Positions 57,083-64,000 of a stretch of DNA of 64,000 nucleotides are shown one piece after another (the stretch's first letter is position 1; each line of letters opens with the position of its first letter). The notes under the pieces were generated by a model, which ran no database searches, had not been told where the DNA came from, and saw only the letters and a program-made list of their open reading frames with translations. Origin of the DNA: Pseudomonadota bacterium (GTDB taxonomy: Bacteria; Pseudomonadota; Gammaproteobacteria; Arenicellales; Poriferihabitantaceae); assembly GCA_039029455.1 (NCBI GenBank), contig JBCCGE010000001.1, forward strand, positions 90,136-154,135, written 5' to 3'. The position numbers and the translations under genes were made by a program.

Positions 57083-58567
57083 CTACAGACAGGTCGTAAC
57101 CGCAGTACCGGTTACGGTTGTCGTCGCCCAGCAGAAGGTCTCGATGTCCGGCCCGTGACGGTGGCGGGGCATCTCCTCAAGCGATAAGGTGTGGGTCTCA
57201 CTGCCGTCTTTTTCCCCAACCGTACGCGCACTTAATTGGTTGCCGGTTCCGTTGCCGAGGAGCACCCGCCCGCGCGCATCCGGCGCAGAAAAAGTTGTAA
57301 TCGTGCCGCCGTACGTATCTCCGATCAATGAATGAAGATTCGGAAAATCCAGGATTGTGTTCTGTTGTCCGTTAAGAAACTGATAGCCTCTTGGCTCGAA
57401 ACTTCCGCCAAAATACAGAATCCGTCCAATCATCGGAATATCGCCGATTGCTGTGGAGGGAACGATACCATCGCTAAGTGAGAGCAGATGACTGATTCCC
57501 AGTAGCGGCTGTCGATTGGAATGCAAAAGATCGCCACCTACTGTCGTGGTCAATTCGGGTGGGCTCGCGTTAAGCACTGTGTGTGAATGAGCGGGAATCT
57601 GGTTTGTGGTCAGTGTGACAGTCTCGATGCCGATTTTCTCGCCCAGATCCACTTCAGTCAGACCCGGACCTGTGCCGTGATGCACCATTACCCTGCCTCG
57701 CATATCCGGGACAGCAAAATTCGTAGTGGCATTACCGCCGTAGTTTGTGCCCAGAAGCGAAAAAAGCGCTGTGTTCGAAGGAATGCTCAGTAATTCACCA
57801 TCGCAGTCCTCCCAGGTGGCTAAACTTGACTCATCCACATTCCCCGCGTACCAGCGCATCTCGGCAATAAAGGGCAGGCTAGACGGTATGCCGCCTTTGC
57901 TCGTGCTGCTTGCTGCCACCACAATGCTTTGAGGTGGAAATCCGCCGCTGGTTGCGATCAGGCAACGCAGTCCAAGGCCTGGCATTCGGTTTGGATGAGT
58001 CTCCGAGCCACCTGCATCCGGGGTTGGATCTGTTGACGTATCGTGTGAATGTGCCGCAAGATGTTGTTCGGACAATCGAACTGTTTCAGAGCCAATCACC
58101 TCGCCAAGGCTGATGGCGGTCAATCCGGGACCGGAACCGATACCAACAGGGGTTCGACCACGCAAATCTGGAAGAGCAAAATTTGCCTGTCCATCGCCGC
58201 CGTATGTTGTTCCCAATATTTCGAACAATTCTGTATTGTTGGCAATAGGCAGAAGCCGGCCGTCGGCGGGAGTCCAGCCTCCCGGAACTGCTCCCTCTGC
58301 GAGATCGGAATTCCCCCCTGGATACGGCCATGCTGCAACTTCACCGAGTAGATGATTGGTCGTTGAGCCATCCGCTGAGAACACAGCGCTGGTCGCAATC
58401 GCATACTGCAGCACAATATACGGTTGCATGTTGTTGTGACGGGCACTCTGGCCTTCCTGACTTGTCGAAATTACTTCAACATCAGCGTCCTGTGCGTGGG
58501 ATTGATATCCACCCTGAAAAATCAGAACAAACAGCGAAAAGATCGTCAGGTACTTTCTAATATTCAC
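57083..58567 (-). CDS. Secreted protein with three tandem phage tail-collar (microcystin-dependent-protein-like) modules
   Basis: Three repeats of G.....L..LLG..YGG....F..PD.RGR...G.....L.....H.H; signal peptide ending SHA. Confidence 0.85.
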   Translation of the reverse strand: MNIRKYLTIFSLFVLIFQGGYQSHAQDADVEVISTSQEGQSARHNNMQPYIVLQYAIATSAVFSADGSTTNHLLGEVAAWPYPGGNSDLAEGAVPGGWTPADGRLLPIANNTELFEILGTTYGGDGQANFALPDLRGRTPVGIGSGPGLTAISLGEVIGSETVRLSEQHLAAHSHDTSTDPTPDAGGSETHPNRMPGLGLRCLIATSGGFPPQSIVVAASSTSKGGIPSSLPFIAEMRWYAGNVDESSLATWEDCDGELLSIPSNTALFSLLGTNYGGNATTNFAVPDMRGRVMVHHGTGPGLTEVDLGEKIGIETVTLTTNQIPAHSHTVLNASPPELTTTVGGDLLHSNRQPLLGISHLLSLSDGIVPSTAIGDIPMIGRILYFGGSFEPRGYQFLNGQQNTILDFPNLHSLIGDTYGGTITTFSAPDARGRVLLGNGTGNQLSARTVGEKDGSETHTLSLEEMPRHRHGPDIETFCWATTTVTGTAVTTCL

Positions 58568-58771
58568 TCTTTATTTCTCCTTATTTATTGACGGATGCAT
58601 TGTCCGACTTGTGGCTTCAGCAGTGCACAAAAGCTCTCGGGTATAGCCTGCCGTTTGGAATCATTCGCGTCAATAGAAGTTTTAGCTGAGCGATCAAAGC
58701 TGACAAAGTGCTGGTGCTTACTTTCTGTAATATGGGGCATTATCGATTGACCGGGCTCACCCCAGGCTCAG

Positions 58772-58999
58772 TTATTCTAAACACTCGCACCATTTGGATG
58801 ATGTGCCGAGTGTGGACTTTCTCGGATGCTGATAGCGCGAGTTTTCAAAACCTTTTGAAACGCAGATCTCCTGACATTCCTTCTGACCGGAGACAGCAGG
58901 TCTGTAATAAAAGTAGTAATAGATTCCGGCAAGCAGGGGAACGATAACCAGCAGGATGACCTGCAGTTCCTGTCGGGTGGGAGGGCGAATCAGAAACAT
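58772..58999 (-). CDS. Small membrane-anchored Cys-rich hypothetical protein
   Basis: One TM segment then C..IC...G and C.C near the C-terminus. Confidence 0.5.
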   Translation of the reverse strand: MFLIRPPTRQELQVILLVIVPLLAGIYYYFYYRPAVSGQKECQEICVSKGFENSRYQHPRKSTLGTSSKWCECLE

Positions 59000-59240
59000 A
59001 TTGAGATCAATAGATAATTAGATTCAAACCGTAATGGCTTGGGTGCATGGAAAACATCTGCACTGAATCCAGATTTCCAAGAACGTATGAGCCGTCGAAA
59101 AACGAACCCACATACCGTCAACAACTTACGTCATTGGGACGAGCAAAGCGACTCGGCAATCTCCTTGAGATAAATTTGCCCGGCATTTTTAAGGCCAATT
59201 CAATTTTTTATCTGAAGTTTCAATCTTAGTGATCGAGGTT

Positions 59241-61022
59241 TTAACTATCACTCTTCTCACTGTTTTCCTCTGATATAGGTCGATGGAACTCCAGGTGGCG
59301 CATGTCGACGGTATCGCCGTACTTTTTCCGGATCGCTTCCATGGCGAATGCGCGCTTGCCAAAGAAATGTTCTTCTCCGATTCGCTCATACAATCCCGAG
59401 CGTTTTAAAGCGTCGGTGACCTTAAATTTTGCGCGTGTAATATAAAACTCGATTCCGGCCTCATGCAGTCGCTCAGACATGTGGGTCAGCATTTCCTCAC
59501 CCGTGACATCGATTTGGTCTACGGCTTCCAGGTCGAGGACCAGTACTTTAAGTTCCGGTTTATCGGCCACCGAGTTAAGCAACTGCTTCTCGAGATAACC
59601 TGCATTTGCAAAGTAAAGGTCGCCGTCATAGCGGAATATCGCCATGTCCTGGCTGGTTTCCATACCAAAAATTTTCGCGTCGCGGAACGTGCCATCGGCG
59701 TCCAGTGAAACCTCCGCGAAATGCGGACGCATGGTTTTGTAAATATAAAACAGTAACGACAACACAACGCCAATAAAGATGCCCCATTCCAGATGGGGGG
59801 CAAAGATCAATGTGCCTGCAAAAACAACGAACGCAACAATGGCATCATGCGGATTGACTTTCCAGGCATGCTTGAACGGCTCGAAATGAATCATTCCGAT
59901 TACCGCCATGATTATCACAGCTGCAAGAGTGGCAACCGGTAGGTGATACAGCAGAGGCGTTAGAAACAGCAGCGTAACTCCCACAATAATGCCGGAGACG
60001 ATGGCGGTAAAACCGGTTTTCGCGCCGGCATCAAAAGCGACTGCAGTACGCGAAAACGAACCTGAAACCGCATAGCCCTGGGTTACACCGGCAACGATGT
60101 TTGCCAGCCCCTTGCCGACCATTTCCTGGTTTGCGGACAGATGCTGCCGGGTTTTTGAGGCCACCGCTTTGGCAATGGAAAATGCTTCGACAAAACTCAA
60201 CAATGCGATCATGAATGATGGCATCAGCAGCGATGTAATATCCCGTGGATCGATTGTTGGCATCACAAAAGAGGGAAGGCCGCTGTCGATACTGCCGACG
60301 ACCTTGCCACCCATGTCTTCAAAGCCAAGTAACCAGGCCAGAATAGTCGCTGCAATTACTGTAAACAGGATGCCCGGCAAATGTGGTGTCAGCTTTTTAA
60401 AGACAAACAGAAGAACCATCGAGAACAATCCCATAGCCAGGGTGGGAAAGTGTGTTTGTGTGGGGACTGCAAGCAGCAGGTTCCAGATGGTTTCATACAG
60501 GTGGGCACCGGAGATGTTTTCAATTCCGAACAGCTTACTGACCTGAAGGCTGCTAATGACTATCGCTGCGGCATTGATGAAGCCGATCACCACCGGATGA
60601 GACAGAAAATCCACCATCATTCCAAGGCGTAAAAATCCCAGCACCAGCTGCATCAGGCCCGCCATAATAGCGACCATTGCGGCGTAGGCGATGTACTGTT
60701 CGGGCGACAGATTAAGTGGAATCAGAGCTGCGGCGGTCATCAGAGAGATAATTGCCACGGGTCCGTTTTGCAGCTGTCGAGACGAACCAAACAGTGCCGC
60801 AACGATGGGCACCAGAAAGGCGGCATAGAGACCGATCTGAGGCGGCAGGCCCGCGAGCTGGGCATTGGCCATGGACTGCGGTATCAGTACCAGCGCGACC
60901 GTTATTCCGGCAAAAATATCAGCGCGCAGAATTTCGGGGTTTTTGAGTTCGCCAATCCAGTCATTGAAAGGCACAAAGCGCTTCGCACCATCCGCCAGAA
61001 GTTCAGCAAAGTATGTTTTCAT
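59241..61022 (-). CDS. SulP-family anion permease with STAS domain
   Basis: DIFAGITVALVLIPQSMA, GLYAAF, NQE, GSFSRTA, LYFANA. Confidence 0.92.
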   Translation of the reverse strand: MKTYFAELLADGAKRFVPFNDWIGELKNPEILRADIFAGITVALVLIPQSMANAQLAGLPPQIGLYAAFLVPIVAALFGSSRQLQNGPVAIISLMTAAALIPLNLSPEQYIAYAAMVAIMAGLMQLVLGFLRLGMMVDFLSHPVVIGFINAAAIVISSLQVSKLFGIENISGAHLYETIWNLLLAVPTQTHFPTLAMGLFSMVLLFVFKKLTPHLPGILFTVIAATILAWLLGFEDMGGKVVGSIDSGLPSFVMPTIDPRDITSLLMPSFMIALLSFVEAFSIAKAVASKTRQHLSANQEMVGKGLANIVAGVTQGYAVSGSFSRTAVAFDAGAKTGFTAIVSGIIVGVTLLFLTPLLYHLPVATLAAVIIMAVIGMIHFEPFKHAWKVNPHDAIVAFVVFAGTLIFAPHLEWGIFIGVVLSLLFYIYKTMRPHFAEVSLDADGTFRDAKIFGMETSQDMAIFRYDGDLYFANAGYLEKQLLNSVADKPELKVLVLDLEAVDQIDVTGEEMLTHMSERLHEAGIEFYITRAKFKVTDALKRSGLYERIGEEHFFGKRAFAMEAIRKKYGDTVDMRHLEFHRPISEENSEKSDS

Positions 61023-61405
61023 CGATTCTTGTGCTTCTCGGGCAAGTCTTCGTAAGTTTGAAGACTAGCAGCAGATTTGGGCTCGGAAAAGAAGAAACGT
61101 ACTTTATTAAAGGACTATTGATTCCACAGTTTGTGAAGGTGAGATCATCTGAGTTCGCTCACAACATGCGCTTTATGCAACTAAAAAGTGCACAGTGCGC
61201 AAAGATTTAGCAAAGAAAAAACAGACAGAAAAAGAGAATACCCATTTGTGCTGACCGGTAAAGCCCTTATCAGACGATATAAGTCACTACTGTATTCAGC
61301 AATCTCTCGTACTGCACGCTGCCATCTTTTTTGTTAGAGCACGCTGCTTACAAAAAACTCTGATGCAATTGACGGTGTCTTTAAATAAGTTTCGTACTTT
61401 CAGGG

Positions 61406-62185
61406 CTAGAGGAACACGTCAATCTGAATGTCGTTGTGGTCGCCAGTACTGGTCGGAGCTACGGTCTTGACCACGACGCTGTCCAATTCAGAAATCATCA
61501 ACTCAAATTCATCGTTGGATTGATACCCGTAGAGATGAAAGTCAAAGGTAAATCGACCATCGGCCGATGTTCGTGCGGCCTCAAGCTGACCGCTTCTGAC
61601 ATGTCTGAGGAAAACATCGGTTTCCATAGTTGTGCGATCTGTGCTGGCAAGAGACCCACTAAATTTCAGCAGGGTAGTTTGCGCAGCCTGACCGTAGATG
61701 GTTGGAAATCCGCTGTCCTGCCAAACCCATAGACCGTCGTACAGTACCTTCACATTACTGTAGCCGAGATCGGTCAGAAACTTTGCCTGCAGTGTTGACA
61801 GATGTCGCGGACAGCCACAGTACGTCACTATCTCGCTGTTTTTATCAAGCCCTGTGATTTTCGCCAGATCAGAATCTTTAGTGTTTCCATAGGGAACCCA
61901 CAATGCAGACTTGATGTGACTTTTTTCGTACCCGACTTTGGATCGAACATCAAAAATAAATGGCTCACTGCGCTCTTCAAAACGAGAATTCAGATCTTCT
62001 GCAGAAATATAGTTCGGCGTGAAATCGGGAGTGGAGTGTTCGTGTGAGTCGGAAGACGGCGCCACATTGATGATTCCAGCGGGTTCGACGTTCGACTGCG
62101 AACTTTGCGCGGGTTCTTGCTCAGAACACGCCACCAGAAATATTGTGGAGAAAATCAGGAGAAGTCTGCGCCACTGATTGCTCAT
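61406..62185 (-). CDS. Rhodanese-domain lipoprotein
   Basis: LVAC lipobox, DVRS...Y...HI..A, YCGC active-site loop, L.DGL..W. Confidence 0.8.
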   Translation of the reverse strand: MSNQWRRLLLIFSTIFLVACSEQEPAQSSQSNVEPAGIINVAPSSDSHEHSTPDFTPNYISAEDLNSRFEERSEPFIFDVRSKVGYEKSHIKSALWVPYGNTKDSDLAKITGLDKNSEIVTYCGCPRHLSTLQAKFLTDLGYSNVKVLYDGLWVWQDSGFPTIYGQAAQTTLLKFSGSLASTDRTTMETDVFLRHVRSGQLEAARTSADGRFTFDFHLYGYQSNDEFELMISELDSVVVKTVAPTSTGDHNDIQIDVFL

Positions 62186-62300
62186 AGGTCAGGTTGCGTT
62201 ATGTGGATAGGAATCGGACAGTATACTGCGCGAACGGGGTGAGTGGAATTGGGCACAACACGCAACTAGAGAACACGTTAACAGGCGTTAGCGTTTTTGT

Positions 62301-63482
62301 TTATCGACACGCGCCAGCACGAAGCACACTGTTCGCTGCTGCAGTATGACCAAGTCGCGCGGCGAGTAAGCGATATTCCTGGTGGAATTTCTCCCGGGGA
62401 ACGCTGCAGATCTGTAGGAACCGTCGCCGGTCCGAAAACTCTGTTCGGGAATGCAGGGCGCGATGGTTGTCAAAGATTATGGCATCACCCGAATCCAGAC
62501 GGACTTTGATCTGGTTTTCAGGTGCCATCATCATGGCGCACAAACGATGATAGGCGTGCAGATAATTCTCCATCACGTGCTCAGGTAAATCGAGGGGAGC
62601 GGACGCCCGGGTGTGTAGTCGAATTCCCGAGATTTCTCCGTCGTCATCCAGAGCTATAACCGGCATATGCGCCCGTTGATCAAGAGTGTCGCCATGTCTT
62701 CGTACGTAATGGTGATTCCATTTGGCCAGCAAATCAAACCCAGTGGGACTATCTCCGCGCAGTTTTTGTGCGATACGGAATCCATCCACCAATATCGAAT
62801 CACCGCCTTCGTCGGCCGGTTGGACACAGGCCAGTGTCTCAATTCCCGGGGGATTGAATGCGAACGCCTCGTCCGAGTGTGGCGGAACAGCTCGTAGTGT
62901 AGTGCCGGCAGTGCCTACTGCGTTGCCGGGTGTCAGATCAAAAACAGCGCCATAAGCCGACTGCTCAACCTCGCCAACGAGCTCGGCAAATGAGAGCACA
63001 CCGTCGGCAGATGATGGCCCGTTTTGAACGATCACAAATCCGTGTGAGATTAAACACTGGTGCAACTTGAGTCGGATCTGATCGTCTCTGGATACGAGCG
63101 CGTAATCGAAAGTAACATCGTCCAACGATAACAACGCATCCCAAAACGTGCTGTCGGGTCGTCGCACCGCTCGCGCTTTGTCGTCATATCGAAAGGTGTA
63201 CAGCCACTCTCCTGAGAATTCCGAACGATGCGCGTCCGGTTTCCATTCCACAGTCAGACGGCTGCCATCCCATTTTACCGACTGCGGACGAATGCTTAAC
63301 GACTCCAGTCCCGGGACATATCGCCTCAGGCTGGAATGGCAGTCACCACATTCGTCGCAGTAACAGCAATCCCGCAGCCAGACGTGGTGAAAGAAGCTCC
63401 TGTCGCCATTCATCCAGCTTATCTCCAGTCCATTCGAAAGGGTGGAGACCGACGAGATCAATTCGCTTCCAGATTCGTTCAC
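62301..63482 (-). CDS. Gamma-butyrobetaine/trimethyllysine dioxygenase-like enzyme
   Basis: N-terminal WLRDCCYCDEC Zn motif, PHSD, GGDSILVDGF, FDNHRALHSR. Confidence 0.88.
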   Translation of the reverse strand: MNESGSELISSVSTLSNGLEISWMNGDRSFFHHVWLRDCCYCDECGDCHSSLRRYVPGLESLSIRPQSVKWDGSRLTVEWKPDAHRSEFSGEWLYTFRYDDKARAVRRPDSTFWDALLSLDDVTFDYALVSRDDQIRLKLHQCLISHGFVIVQNGPSSADGVLSFAELVGEVEQSAYGAVFDLTPGNAVGTAGTTLRAVPPHSDEAFAFNPPGIETLACVQPADEGGDSILVDGFRIAQKLRGDSPTGFDLLAKWNHHYVRRHGDTLDQRAHMPVIALDDDGEISGIRLHTRASAPLDLPEHVMENYLHAYHRLCAMMMAPENQIKVRLDSGDAIIFDNHRALHSRTEFSDRRRFLQICSVPREKFHQEYRLLAARLGHTAAANSVLRAGACR

Positions 63483-63744
63483 GTGATAGGGGTTTGTAAC
63501 CTAAGGTAGTGAAGACCATAGAGCATTTGCCGGCGAAAATGAAGCGACTCAGCGTTACTCAGATCACCTTTCCAGTGCTGCAGACAGGTTGGTGATACTG
63601 GGTTTGTTGCCCGCTGTCATTTTACGCCGTATTGTCGTTAAACGGCTCGGATTGAACTCACCGAGATGGCATGGATAGCGAACGGGTGCCTCCGGTAACA
63701 CTCACAGACGATAACTTTATACCGCAGTGATTCTCGTTGTCTAA

Positions 63745-64000
63745 TCAGATACAGCTGTTGCCGGAGGATACGATCGAAGCAATGTTGGGTCGAATATTTC
63801 CATAAATATCACCATCGGTACCCCTGAATCCGAGACCGGTTTCAGAATCCGGCAATCCCGACACATCAACAGTCAAATCGTAATTTATGGTCTCACCAGG
63901 CGCCACAAGCCCTACGGTGATGTCGTTGGCGATTACCGAAAATTCGGGAGGTACGATTACCCCGGGCACGGTCCACAGCTGGAAATCATTCATGACCTGA
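63745..64000 (-). CDS. 3' end of an unidentified gene (beta-sandwich-like), truncated by window end
   Basis: Open frame to the window edge, protein-like composition (ITVGLVAPGETINYDLTV). Confidence 0.45.
   Translation of the reverse strand, partial: QVMNDFQLWTVPGVIVPPEFSVIANDITVGLVAPGETINYDLTVDVSGLPDSETGLGFRGTDGDIYGNIRPNIASIVSSGNSCI

Noticed and set aside
57083-58567. Tail-collar gene as evidence of a prophage
   Set aside because: No capsid, terminase, tail or integrase genes nearby, and the protein has a Sec-type signal peptide.

Overview
A 64-kb bacterial window, probably a Gram-negative proteobacterium (inferred from dusC, panB, and FadL/MipA outer-membrane genes). It is mostly metabolic and transport genes: an Mrp Na+/H+ antiporter operon, panB, dusC, pncA/pncB, a branched-chain-type ABC transporter, several Fe(II)/2-oxoglutarate dioxygenases, SulP and MscS. 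I found no rRNA, tRNA, CRISPR array, integrase or transposase. The standout is 34.1-41.7 kb, which looks like an animal-style collagen maturation locus. Two short Gly-X-Pro-rich collagen-like proteins flank a prolyl-4-hydroxylase-like oxygenase and a 646-aa fusion of three domains: a COLGALT-like GT25, a PLOD-type glycosyltransferase and a PLOD-type lysyl hydroxylase. Both collagens and two nearby non-collagen proteins share a twin-arginine-like leader with a conserved W-x-x-P-x-V...LP[AT]HA motif. Other notable items: a Cys-x13-Cys-[IL] C-terminal motif shared by two unrelated secreted proteins; a single-chain triple tail-collar protein; a plant GXM/DUF579-like methyltransferase; an inverted-domain photolyase; a 135-bp diverged direct repeat delimiting a small insertion; an RCC1-like gene relic; and a possible ATA start codon in mrpB. 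Family calls come from motif recognition by eye; no searches were run.
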